A stretch of DNA of 64,000 bases. Source: Eledone cirrhosa. Taxonomy: Eukaryota. Of this stretch, positions 1-11,981 are shown in pieces. Made by a program: the position numbers and the translations under genes. The notes under the pieces are model-generated. The model did not search any database and was not told the DNA's origin. It saw only the letters and a list, made by a program, of their open reading frames with translations. Position 1 is the first letter of the stretch; each line of letters opens with the position of its first letter. The stretch is taken from the NCBI GenBank assembly GCA_964016885.1, contig OZ024740.1, positions 206,212,001 to 206,276,000 on the forward strand. Reading direction: 5' to 3'.

Positions 1-300
1 GTGTTAGTGTTAGTGCTCAGGTCAGTGTTAGTGTTTATGGTAGTGTTAGTTTTAGTGCTAGTGTTCAGGCTAATGTTTGTGCTAATGTTAGTTTTAGTGT
101 AAGTGTTCAGGTTGGTGTTAGTGTTTACGGTAGTGTCAGTTTTAGTGCTGATGTTCAGGTTAGTGTTAGTGTCAGTTTTAGTGTTAGTGTTCAGGTTAGT
201 GTTTGTGTTAGTTTTCAGATTTTGTGTTTGTGTTAGTTTTCATGTTAGTACTAAGTTCACTGTTAGGGCATGTGTGAGTGCAAGTGTTAGGGTAAGTTAT
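1..300. repeat. Degenerate (GTGTTA)n-type hexamer repeat
   Basis: Repeated gtgtta/gtttta/gtgttc units from window start. Confidence 0.85.
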
Positions 301-369
301 TTTTAAAGTTCGGTTTTAGCTTAAAGTTAGGTTTTCTACTTTCCAGGAAAAAAGTTGATCCTCTCTAAC

Positions 370-700
370 TTGAGTGGTGTGATATAGTGTGGTAAAGTAT
401 AGTGTTTCATAGTCTTGTGTGGTGTTGTCTATTGTTGTATAGTGTAGTATGGTATATTGTTTCATAGCATGGTCTGATGTGAGGTCGTACAGTGTTTCGT
501 AGTGTGGTGTTGGATAATGTGGTATGGTATAATGTTTGTCAGTGTGGTGTGGTGTGGTATGGTATAGGTTGATGTAGTGTGGCTTAGTTTGATTATAATA
601 ATACAAATAATAATAATTGTTCTTCTTGTTCATTTTCTTTGTCTTCTTCTGTGCCTTTGACTTCTTCTGTGCTTTTGACTTCTTCTTTGCCTTTGACTTC
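370..700. repeat. Degenerate (GTGTR)n pentamer tract followed by about three copies of an 18-bp unit (cttcttctgtgcctttga)
   Basis: Periodicity seen directly at 370-590 and 640-700. Confidence 0.7.
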
Positions 701-704
701 TTAA

Positions 705-984
705 TAATCATAAGAATTCTTTCACAGATCCAAACAAAAAATCTTCAACTTCACTATCAGGCTTACTCTGGCAACTTAAACATGATAACGTTGGGTATTC
801 GATGTTTTGGAATATTGTCTCAAGAGGGATTCCTTTTAATTCCTCATCTGAGACATGTGACCTCTGTGTGGAGGAGATATTCTTTATATTAAAATCCAAA
901 AATTCCCTTAATTTAAGGAGCAATTTATTCAGTTGCTGCAGACATAGATTGAACTCAACGTTTAAATATAAATTTAAAATGTAG
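705..984 (+). mobile_element. Penelope-like element remnant, C-terminal GIY-YIG region
   Basis: ORF 802-984 reads WNIVSRGIPFNSSSETCDLCVEEIFFILK...LNLRSNLFSCCRHR, parallel to the end of ORF 47499-47960 (WSMLK...[11 protein letters not shown]...LLNKRQE...SCNHR). Confidence 0.7.
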
Positions 985-2683
985 TATAATTAATTAAGAT
1001 ATTTAATTAATGTATGAAACCTGACGATAAATCTTTCGATTCCTTCAACTTTTTCTTTTAAACCTTCTTCATAAATATATACTAATGATGTAATTAAACT
1101 ACCCTAAAATGTAGATGCTCCCAATCTATTGAATAAATTTTACGCAAGATAAACTTCTATACTAAATATAAGAGCATCCGTAGAACAACAGGGTCTCCTA
1201 AATCCTTTAAATGATTTCTGCTAAATAAGTTTTGTTGAATAAATTTTGGTTCTTTTGTTTGCTTTTTGATTCTGATTGCTTCTAATGAACTTGGCAATAT
1301 ATTGTCAGATAAATTGGAAGGGTAGATTTCTGTGGTTGATATAGGAAGCATACTGTGTTTTTACGGCCCGAGATACTCTAGGGAGTGATGAAAATATTTT
1401 TAACGTTTTGATATCTCTGTGCTGATATATGGATATCTGGTTGTCTCTGTACAAAGGCCATATGTATTAATATGCATATGGAATGATTACAGAGTAGATT
1501 TTATCTGTCCATGTACCTATATGTGTGCATACATATATATCTATATGTATGTGTGGGTATAGTTCTGGATATGTTACAGATATGCATAATATTCTATACA
1601 TGAACGATAATCATGTATGTGAGGGCAAGAATATTAATCGTTTATTTTTTTATGTATATATATATATAGTAAAATCTTTTAGAACACAAGGAAAAATTTT
1701 TTTTCTGTGAAACAAGAAATTACAGAGTTGATCACGTAAAATCATGGGTATGTCTATAGTATCAACTAGAACTTGAGATGACCTCTTTTTCTCTTTCTTT
1801 CCTTTTCCGGAAAGTGCATATGCATGTGTATGTATATACTTATATATTTCCGTTTTTTTTGAAGTTTTATCTCAGTTTTGGTACATCGACCTCAGAATTT
1901 TAAACTAAACATATGGTCATTATTGAGCAAAATTATTTTCACACATTATATATCTATGTCTCATTCATGAATATTGATATTTACATTATATTACCCAATT
2001 CATATGAATTGATAATTCAAATTGATAGGACATAACGTAAAGATGTAAATCTATCATCCCTCTCTCTAGATATAGCTCTTTCTTCTCCTCCCTTTTTATA
2101 TATGATGAAGTCTATGTATCTGTTGTTTTAACTTTGCCTCTCAAGTTTCTCTCTTATTTCTCTCCTATTTCTCTCTTGATTTTCACCTCCCCCTATATAA
2201 TTATTATTATTTGGTCCACCTCTTTCTTTTTTTCCACCCACCTCTATCTTTCTCTCTCTCTGTTTTCCCTTCATTTTTTATTTCTCTCCGTCTCCTCCCC
2301 AACTGCAGGAGAGATTGTCCTTCATTTTTAAAGTGTGATTTGAAAGAGATTTGGCTGCTACATTTAGCAGATCGAGTGAATGCATAGGGGTTTCTCTTGG
2401 TGACATGTGATCCAAAATCTGGTCACATTCTTATTCACTAAGCATGTGACTCAATATTTATTATAAATTAGAATTGTTTGTCTTTAATAGTCTTCAGAAT
2501 GCCATCTTGGACTATATTGTCTGTGCCTTCCTTTTAAGAGGAGGTGGGATGATTTGAATGTGGTTTGCCTACTACTTCTAGTTTGTTCATTTTCTCTAAA
2601 ATAAATCCCATGTTTTTACAATATGAATCTACCATAATAATATGCCATGTGTGTTTGGACATTTATATATATATATATACGTA

Positions 2684-2760
2684 CAGGGTGTACCCCAAAA
2701 ATATAAACGCATATTTATTAGAATGCTGTTTAAGTGTGTATACATTTTTGGGACACCCTG
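2684..2760. mobile_element. Tiny Tc1/mariner-type MITE; one-ended copy at 4033-4075
   Basis: Inverted termini cagggtgtaccccaaaaat / atttttgggacaccctg embedded in TA runs. Confidence 0.6.
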
Positions 2761-2775
2761 TGTATATATATATAT

Positions 2776-3620
2776 ATAACGAAGGAGGTGTGGTAAGGAA
2801 CCAGATGGACCATAATGCACCAGAATACTCAATACTTAGGGTAGTAGAGTGGGTAATAGGAAAATGTTTAACCCCAACGGCAGAGCTCAAGCCGTTTCGG
2901 CGGCTATTTCTGGACTCAGTCGGGTTTAAATATTTTCCTATACATATATAGGGTTTAGGATGGTGGTTAGGATGGAACAAAGGAGATTCCTTCGTCAGCT
3001 GTAAATGTTTCCCGATCCGATGTTTTGGCGCTGAATTACAGGACATCGGTGGAGTTCGGAAGCACCCGAGGCTTTTTATTAATCAAAAGGCCAGGAGAAA
3101 AAGGAGAGAGAAAGAAAGAAAAAGGGAGAGGGAAAAGATGAGGAGAGAGGAAGAAAGGGAGAAAAAAAGTGAACAGGTCCCATCATGCAGGTGAAAGAAA
3201 CATGCAGATGAGTAACCGTGGAAAAATAGGGAAAGTAAGTTATGGCCAACCTGGGAGACTTTAACCTGGTGGTCAGCTTCGACTCAGAGCTGGTATAATC
3301 GTGCTGCCTATCACATAGACAGGAGAAAGTGAGAGAGAGACACGAGCAACCAAAAGTGAGGAGGAGAAGGGAAAGGTAGATAATCCAGAAGGGTGTTTTT
3401 TTTTACGATGGTGGTAAAAACATGCCGCAAAGATTGCCAACAGAGCCCCACGACACGTGTAAACATGTCAACAATCAAAACCGAACAGATGGATGGAGAG
3501 AGAAAAGAGCGAGAGTGAGGAGGAGAAGGGGAGGGTCGATGCGAAAGTGTGGAGGGAACACATCGACCACCATCCTAAACCTTGTTTTTAGTAACCACAC
3601 AGCTCCTTTCGTTTCATATC

Positions 3621-3625
<5 letters not shown>
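2776..3625. mobile_element. Unclassified repeat in (TA)n with imperfect inverted ends, possibly a Penelope terminal repeat
   Basis: aacgaaggaggtgtggt at 2778 versus accacacagctcctttcgtt near 3595-3613; TA tracts on both sides; long stem at 2857-2941. Confidence 0.35.
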
Positions 3626-3659
<34 letters not shown>

Positions 3660-3699
3660 GATAACAGGTTATCGTTATAGGCAGTCCACTTAGAGTACT

Positions 3700-3982
3700 C
3701 CTTTAATATGGGTAATTTTATTTCACAGAACCAGAACCAGTTTTGCCCAGGTTGGTTACTAAAGGTTTAAATATTGTCTCCTGTGTCAATGTCATCATTA
3801 TTGTTAGGTTGGCAGTACTGGTAGAACATCAGGCACCATGCTTTGTGGCAGAGTTATGGCTCTTTATGTTCTCCATTCAAATCTCGCTGAGGTTAGCTTT
3901 GCCTTTCATCCGTATGGGGTCAATAAAATAGAGTACCATTCAAGCACTGGGGTCGATTTAATTGACTTTCCCCTCCCCCAAA
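3700..3982 (+). repeat. Near-identical direct duplicate of 5073-5356
   Basis: Same sequence 1373 bp apart; identical 62-aa ORFs at 3743 and 5116. Confidence 0.9.
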
Positions 3983-4117
3983 CCATGTCACTCTTCTTTC
4001 TTGAATTATATATATATATATATATATACACACAGGGTGTCCCAAAAATGTATACACACTTAAACAGCATTCTATATATATATATAGTTATGTAATAAAC
4101 AATTTATTTAAATAAAT

Positions 4118-4177
4118 TTTTATTCTGACGACCGAAGTCAGGCTCGTCTGTCTTCGTGAAACCTTTGGTAAATGAAA
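4118..4177 (+). ncRNA. Minimal type I hammerhead ribozyme motif in a small TA-flanked element (about 4087-4270)
   Basis: ttttatt-CTGACGA(4125)-stem II cgaag/cttcg-GAAA(4158)-stem III cc-ttt-gg-TA-aatgaaa; stem I pairs. Confidence 0.65.
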
Positions 4178-4681
4178 TAATTATCTCATGTTGTTTATTA
4201 CATAACTAAAAAGCTCTGTAGCTTAGATAGGGCACTCTCTTTTCCTTTACCTTTCCTACGGAAACACTTCATATATATATATTTATATATCCACCTGTAA
4301 CTCTTTAACATTTATACATACAATGCATTTCCTATGTCAGTTATGTTGCTACAATAATGTTTGTAATCCAATCACAAGGTCCTAGGTTCTAACCCTACAT
4401 TTGTCTCATAAATATATATTACTCAGACATTTCAGCCTGTGTGTCATTGATACACACATGCTGAACATTTATGTAATCATATCCTAGAAATAAATTATTA
4501 AACTATCATTTTTATCTTGTGTCAATAATCAATATAAACTATAAGGTTTCTTTTATGCAAACCATGAATTAATCAAAATGTAAATTCCCCAGTTTGTATG
4601 ATTGTTTATATATATAGAATACCAATAGACTAAAACAAATTAAATACATACATTATTCCTGTCATTATTAACAGTACTAGT

Positions 4682-4865
4682 GCGGTGGATTGGCAGTATC
4701 GGTAGAGAGTCGGACGCCATGCTTTGCAGCACAGTTACGTCCCTTTACGGACTGAGTTCAAAACCCGCCGAGGTTAACTTTGCTTTTCATCATTAAGGGG
4801 TCGATAAAATAAAGTACCAGTAATACACTGGAGTAATTGCTGGCCTTGTGCCAAAAGTAGAAACA
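4682..4865 (+). mobile_element. tRNA-derived SINE family A, full copy with 18-bp TSD
   Basis: A-box-like tggcagtatcgg, B-box gagttcaaaac, core gcttttcatc...ggggtcgataaaataaagtaccag (resembles the MetaSINE domain, from recall); TSD attattaacagtactagt at 4664 and 4866. Other copies near 3808, 5180, 8190, 11645(-), 30150(-), 43130(-), 57920, 59350(-), 61880(-). Confidence 0.85.
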
Positions 4866-4906
4866 ATTATTAACAGTACTAGTTCACTAGTTATTTATAA
4901 AAGCTC

Positions 4907-5143
4907 TTAACCTTTTTGTGACTGTATTTCTTAAATACACTCTATTTTAATTAATTAATGAAGAATTTTGAGGGATTTACTAAAATTATTAATTATTTCA
5001 TTAGTAAGATAGTAACTTAATGAAAGGTTCTTATATAAAATTATGTTGGAAGATTTTAATTTAAATTGGAAACCTTTAATATGGGTAATTTTATTTCACA
5101 GAACCAGAACCAGTTTTGCCCAGGTTGGTTACTAAAGGTTTAA
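4907..5143. mobile_element. TTAA-flanked MITE (second piggyBac-type family); related copy near 51053-51275
   Basis: ttaaccttt...aaaggtttaa ends; internal sequence shared with 51053-51275. Confidence 0.5.
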
Positions 5144-5440
5144 ATATTGTCTCCTGTGTCAATGTCATCATTATTGTTAGGTTGGCAGTACTGGTAGAAC
5201 ATCAGGCACCATGCTTTGTGGCAGAGTTATGGCTCTTTATGTTCTCCATTCAAATCTCGCTGAGGTTAGCTTTGCCTTTCATCCGTATGGGGTCAATAAA
5301 ATAGAGTACCATTCAAGCACTGGGGTCGATTTAATTGACTTTCCCCTCCCCCCAAAATTGTTGGCCTTGTGCCAAAGGTAGAAACAATTATTGTGAGTCT
5401 AAACATTTTCTTTTCCAATTTATATTTCCAGGTTGAAACT

Positions 5441-6031
5441 ATGACTGTTTCATTTGGTGTATCTCGGAGATTGTACAACAAAGTACTATCTGGTGTGCAA
5501 GTATTGTTTTCACGGAAATATCTTCTTCTCACCAATACAGCAATCAGTATAACATCTGCAGCTTGTGGAGATTTTGTTCAACAATCCTATGAAATTTCAA
5601 TGCAACGACAACAAACTTGGAACAACAATCGAACTTTACATATCAGTATTACTGGTTTAATATTGGGACCTCCTAGCCATTTTTGGTATCACCTGGTAGA
5701 TTATCTTATACCAGGGTCCTCACTCCGTGTAGTTGCTAAAAAACTAATATTTGATCAAACAATAGGTACACCAATAGGAATTTTTCTGTTTTTAACTTCA
5801 CTCGGAATTCTAGAAAATTCTTCATTTGAAAAAATATTAACAGAATATAAAACCTGTGGAAAAACTTTGCTACTTTCTGAATGGCTAATTTGGACTCCTG
5901 TACAAGTGATAAATTTTGCTTTTGTACCACTTCAGTTCCGTGTTTTGTTTGATAACTCAGTATCATTTGGATTTGATATTTATTATTCTTATATTAAATA
6001 TAGAAAGGATAAAATTTCTGACAAAAGTTAA
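5441..6031 (+). CDS. MPV17L2: Mpv17/PMP22 family protein, MPV17L2-like, 196 aa, single coding exon
   Basis: LLLTNT, GDFVQQSYE, GPPSHFWY, KKLIFDQ, QVINFAFVPLQFRV and YYSYIKY match the Mpv17L2 pattern; splice acceptor tttccag at 5431 just before the ATG. Confidence 0.85.
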   Translation: MTVSFGVSRRLYNKVLSGVQVLFSRKYLLLTNTAISITSAACGDFVQQSYEISMQRQQTWNNNRTLHISITGLILGPPSHFWYHLVDYLIPGSSLRVVAKKLIFDQTIGTPIGIFLFLTSLGILENSSFEKILTEYKTCGKTLLLSEWLIWTPVQVINFAFVPLQFRVLFDNSVSFGFDIYYSYIKYRKDKISDKS

Positions 6032-6200
6032 TAATAAAATGAAATTTGATGAAAAAAGTGCCTTTCCTTTGAGATATAATATTTGGATATTTATTATTCT
6101 TATATTAAATATAGAAAGGATAAAATTTCTGACAAAAGTTAATAATAAAATGAAATTTGATGAAAAAAGTGCCTTTCCTTTGAGTTACAATATTTGGATA
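5975..6200 (+). repeat. 111-bp tandem duplication spanning the MPV17L2 stop codon
   Basis: gatatttattattcttat... begins at 5975 and again at 6086. Confidence 0.9.
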
Positions 6201-8599
6201 TGTAGGACAATTATGTTGTGAATCTCAAAACAACAAAGTTAAATATTTGCAACAACCAACTGTTCCATATTTTTGTCAGACACACCATTTATGTTACTAA
6301 AGAAAATTAATTTATTTGGTTAAAGATGGACATGTACTTTTGATGTCAGAGAGCCTGCAAAGTCCTGTTCTCCAGACCAAACCAGTATATTTAAGCCAAC
6401 CCATGACTATCCCATCTTTTTAGATGTATGTAGGACTACATTGTTTCATATGTTCTTGCACTATTTAAGACATTATCTTCATCATTTTTACATCCGCTTT
6501 TTCATGTTTGCATGGGTTGGATGACATCATTCACTCATCGCGCTCTTTTGTCGTCTCCTCTCTGAGCTTCAGTGATTTGAGATCAGTAGGCACAAAACTG
6601 AATTGCATCTTGTCTAATTTGACTCTTTCCTAAATTAGCTGTTCTAGAACTCTTTCCGTCACCTTCATAACTTGGTCCATTAGTTTTATTCCTCCATTCT
6701 AGAGTGAGGGAAACTTACTGCTATTCCTAGCAGATTAGTGACTGCACAGAAGCTACTTTTTTTTCTATTTCTGCCAGTATTTGTGAATAGCATCATTGGT
6801 TATCAGAATCTGATGAGACCATCATTGATCACTATCTAGAATAAGAAATTAAAATGTATACATATTTCTAAAGTAGCAAATATTTTTTGACATACAGCAC
6901 CTATATATATATATAAATGAAAAGTATAGAAATTATTGTAGCGAGAAGCTAACAGTATTCCATAATATATATATCATCCTCATTTAACATTCATTTTTCC
7001 ATGCTGGCATGGGTTGTCCCAGTTCTGGCATAGTGGATGCCCTTCCTATCACCAACCACTTTACAGTGCATTATATATCATCATCCGCTTTTCCATGCTT
7101 GCATGGGTCCTTCTCAGCACAGCAACTCTCCACTTGTCGCATTCCATCGTCATCTCCTCTACCAGTCTTAGAGATTTGAGGTCCACTCTCACAACCTCTG
7201 CCCAGGTCTTTCTTGACCCATCAGTCATTGTCCAAACCAATGCAGTCTTCTCTCCTACTCACCATCTCAGATTACCATTAAGCCCAGCTTCTCACTCAGC
7301 TCATCCCATATAAATGACAAAAAGAGAAAACAAATGCAAAGTCTATTGTTTGTAATCCAACTCAAACTATTGTGTAATTTGCTATCATTTGATGGATGGC
7401 GTATAAAGTTGTTTTTTTTAAAGTGGTATGAATCAATCTCATCAGTTAACATCAATTTTCTATACAAGCTAGGTTTCTACAGCCGGATGCCCTTCCTAAC
7501 GCCAACCACATTTACAGTGTGGACTGGGTGATTTTTTTTTGTTGTGATACCAACACAACTTTACAGTGTAAGGGTGGTGTGAACAGAAGTGGGTAGGTGT
7601 TGGGGGCGTTAATTAGAAATTGTATAGGATCGGTACCAATTATATTTTATAAGTTATTCACTCAGCTTTTGGGGATATTGACAATTGTAAGACAGCCATG
7701 ACATCCACTTCATTTAACTTTTTCCATCTTAAGTAAATTCTGACTTCAAGTGCTGGGTGGAACTAAAGAGCCCTAACCCTGTTTAACTGGAGATTCTTAA
7801 CAGCAATATATAAAATTAAAGTATTTTGTACATTTACATGTCAAATAAATTATATTTTTAATGAAAACTAGTTTTGTATTCAAATTAAAATGTTATTTAA
7901 CTGACCAAACAGACCATCAAATCTCCTTATTTAGGACTATATATGATCACAGAAAAACACTTGAAATATTGCAATGTAATTATAAATGGCTGCAGTTGAG
8001 CCTATAGCTGTGGAGACTTCTGGTGCGCCCTAGGACCATTTCTCTACTACCCCCATTGGCTACTCGCAGGTGTGAGCCTTGCAAGCTGGAATGGCTCTTC
8101 CGTGTCTCCCTCACCATCCTCCAGGAAAACGCCTTCTCTATTCTGTCTGCCTTGACCCTAAATTAGCAATCATTATTAAGCTGTTATTTAAGGCAGTGGA
8201 TTGACAATATCGGTAGAGCATCGAACATGCTTTGCAGCATAGTTACATTCTGAGTTCAAATCCCACTGAGGTTAGCTTTGCCTTTGATCCTTACAGGGTT
8301 GATAAAATAAAATACCAGTAATGCAATGCACTGAGTTCAATCTAATCAACTCCCCCACCCCAATCCAAAGAAAAAACATTGTTGGCCTTGTGCCTTAAGC
8401 TGGTGTTTTGAACAATGCTTAAGTTTCTTATTTAAGAACAATTTTGTACCAAAGAATCAGGGATGGTTTGGTATATATATTAAATAAATTAAAAAAAAAA
8501 AAGTTAAGGACTAGATTATAAATATTGTTTTAATTTAGAATCTTTAAACCTTTTATTACCAAGCCCCTGGTTAATTCATATCCTCCCCTTAAAAATAAA

Positions 8600-9050
8600 A
8601 ATTATATTAAGCCTGCATAGCAGTTCTTTGTCCCCAAGAGTCGTGGGGGGAAACAGTCCTTCCAGGTCCTGTCAGAAGCAGCCATATTCAACTGATCTGG
8701 CTGGATTCTTAAGCGAGACCAGCCAAGCTCACGTATGTTATCCAACCATCTTGCTCTGGGTCTCCTGCTGGTTGGTTTTGCCTGTAAAATCGGTCCAGTG
8801 ATTCTTTCCTGACACATGCCCATAGTTATCTCTCAATTTGGAGAATTAGCGGCTCTACCTAAACTCTGACCTGCGGGCCATGCACACTATCAAGTAATGT
8901 TACTCCAAGGACCATTCACAGGAACCCCATTTCAGACACTTGTATTCGCGATCGTATTCTTTCGGTAGCAACTCAGATTTTTCAAATCTCACTAATCAAG
9001 ATATATGAAACATCATGTCAACAAACAGCAGTGATTCCCAGAATGAGAGG
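8600..9050 (-). mobile_element. Degraded 3' end of a non-LTR retrotransposon; related pieces near 9850-9970 and 25440-25730
   Basis: RPRARWLDNIRELGWS-type C-terminus recurring at three loci. Confidence 0.55.
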
Positions 9051-9070
9051 AAAAACTGGACAGTTGCTAT

Positions 9071-9443
9071 TGTAGTGACCTACATTCCGCGGGCTCACAT
9101 ACATTCTCTGTGCGTGATTTGGCTCAGTTCAGCCAATCAGCGCCAGTAGAAGATGTATCCCTACGCGCCCTGAGGAAGAAATTCCCCGCGAAGATTTGAA
9201 GAATCTCTCTCTTGTACCAGGAACTTCGAGCCAGCAACACGCATAATGTAACGGTGAGATTTTGCACCCCGAGCCTCGCCGGCTTTCCGGCGCAATGGCA
9301 CATTCCCTTTTGTAACCTCTTTTTATATGTAACTTCAACCATATAAGTTAACAAACATTGTTTGTGCTACACCAAAAATAAACATACATTTCATCTCTAA
9401 TTTCTGCTGTTGAAATCATTATGTTACTCGTGTCTCAATAACA
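9071..9443 (+). mobile_element. Putative solo LTR
   Basis: TGT...ACA termini, near-TSD gctat/tctat, CCAAT at 9132, AATAAA near 9377, CpG-rich relative to flanks. Confidence 0.45.
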
Positions 9444-11310
9444 TCTATAATCCATGCTGCTGGAATTGGCGACCTGACGAAAGGAATATTGTAAATACAA
9501 AGATGGTAAATAGATCGAGGGACCTTCCCTCACGTCTATGTCGACAAGATAATCCGAGGATATTATCACTTTACCACACTGTCAACTAACGACCTTCATT
9601 CATCTACCCTGCTAAACTATAAATGTAACAATAGGGTGACTTTTATAAGTTCAAATAGTTTTGAAAAATTCTGTAACATTTGAACCAGCCATTTATACCA
9701 ACATTAAGGTAGTTTTCAAAATAACAAAAATCTCGTAAAAATACAATAGTAATGTAAATGCTAAAGGGTTGCTTTCTGTGTTCAAACATTACTTTCACCA
9801 TCACAACTATTACATGTTTTCTCATACAACAGAGTTTCATGTATTGTGTTCATTTGGAAACAATCGCTGGACAAATTGTATGGGCAGATCCCGAGTAAGA
9901 TGGTTAGATAACATCCATGAGCTTGGCGATCTAGCCAGATCAATTGGAGACAGTTGTTTCTGGCAGCAGTGTTTGAGGGCTCTGTTCTCACAAATAAGTG
10001 GGCAAAGTGTCTATTTAGGTCCAGCATACAGAGATCAGTTTTCCCTATCTTCCTGCCACATTACATCTGTACCAGTGCACATCCAGCAAAGCATACTCGT
10101 TTCATTTCTCTCCAGCTTTCAATACCCATGTCTTGCTAATATGCAACATTGCACTATGTACACTCACATACATTTTACCTTTTGTTGTCAGTAGAGATAA
10201 TAGCACCCTGAACTTAACGTCTAGGTTTTGTTCACAGATTCAGTTAGGGACCTAATTCCTCAATGGCCTGGAGTAGGGGGCCAAGCCTTGAAGAACACCT
10301 ATCTGCACACAAGCCATTTATCTACATCTAAAGACCACCTAATTATAGAGCATGGTACCATGTTAAGTGCATTCTCCAGATCAAATGCTATGTAGTCTCT
10401 TATTTCACTGGAAATATTACATCAGAAAGACCCAGACTGAACATATCACCTAAGCAAACCTTCTTCCCAATTAGTTGCACTAATGCTATGATACTTCAAT
10501 ATCTTGATCCATCAATTTGATACTTAGGAATAACCAAATATCTAGTTATATATACTGGACGTATGTATAAACACATAAATCTGAACAGGCATGTTATTGA
10601 GAAAAAAAATTGCAAATAGCATTGTTATATTATATGGAGAAAAATAATACAATATACAGCCACCTGATTCTCCCCATCTCTAATACCCTTATATATCCAA
10701 CTTGACTAACCATATTATTTCATCAAATACCAGACCCTGGGCAACTTTTTATTTTAACAAATGGATGCCAATACGACCAGTAGAATGAATAAGTACTGAC
10801 AATTCCTCTCACTATCTTTGGTTATTTGTTCTGTCATACATAAAGAGTATACCTATTTGAAGAAACTTTTATTGCCAGCAGCAATGGCCCTCTCAAAATT
10901 ATCCTAACTTACCTAGTTTTGGAGCACCCACCACCACAACTAAAAGTTATCAACTACTCCAGTGCATCTATCTACCTTACATTAAGCCTGTCCATCAACC
11001 TACACTAATTCCTATTACACATTGGATATCAAGTTTACACAAGGTACTTTGGCATTTCTAAGGGCCCCAGACAACAGTCTTCAGAATATCAATCATAAAT
11101 ACCTCTTATAATCCAGAAAATCAAAACACTAAATTCCTTGAAGTCATTACAAGCTCCCAACTTGAAGACACGGACCTCAAAGAATGTCTACACCTAGATT
11201 TTCTTTAAAACACCAGAATAAAAAGTGAAAGCAAAATGAAGCATCTACTCTCTATAACCTAAACGAAATAACACTATTACAGCCTTTGTCACCCCTGAAA
11301 CACATTTAAA

Positions 11311-11483
11311 CCCTTTAGCATTTAAGCCAGTCACATCTAGCCAACATTTTCTCACCTGTCTCTGTTCAAACCAGCTGATCATACTGATGCTTAGGTATCA
11401 AAATCTCATAGATTCAATATTATGTGAAGTAAAGGTTTTTACTACAAAAATACAATAGTAAATATAATGTAAATGCTAAAGAG
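11311..11483. mobile_element. piggyBac-type MITE (about 200 bp family)
   Basis: ccctttagcatttaa...aatgtaaatgctaaagag; same family as 26041, 35702, 54378, 57211. Confidence 0.75.
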
Positions 11484-11949
11484 TTAAAAAAAAAAAGCTA
11501 TCAGAGTGAATTGTAGCAACGATAATTCAACTACAAGTGAAGAACCAACTGAATCTTCACTGGTCTAACCCATAACATCCTGTAATGACCTAACCAAAAA
11601 TATTTAAAAAAAAGGGTTGTTAATTCAAATTTTAATTTTTATAATTATTTCTACTTTTGGCACAAGGCCAGCAATTAAACAGTACATTACTGGTACTTTA
11701 TTTTATCAACCCCGTAAGAATGAAAGGCAAGGGCCATAACTATGTGTCAAAGCATGGCGTTCGACCCTCTACCGATACTGCCAATCCACCACCCCTTAAC
11801 GTTAGTGCTCTGGGTGAGCTCTTATAATGCAGTTAATTGTGATGTCTTGTATTTTTAAGAATATCTTGTTAATTGCACTACAGGATATTAAGAGTTATAT
11901 AGCTTTTGTGGAGGAAAAAAAAATACACAAAAACAATTTCAGAGGAGAA

Positions 11950-11955
11950 TTTATT
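11950..11955 (-). terminator. RPS6 polyadenylation signal AATAAA
   Basis: About 27 nt after the TAG at 11982, followed by a U/GU-rich downstream element. Confidence 0.75.
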
Positions 11956-11981
11956 TAGAAATATAACATTGAAGTAATATA

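Noticed and set aside
103-711. V/L-rich and K/H/Y/T-rich ORFs; possible telomeric repeat
   Set aside because: Simple-repeat translations; the unit is GTGTTA-like, not TTAGGG
1840-1900. Minus-strand hammerhead (CTGAGGT...GAAA)
   Set aside because: Core mismatch and stems do not pair convincingly
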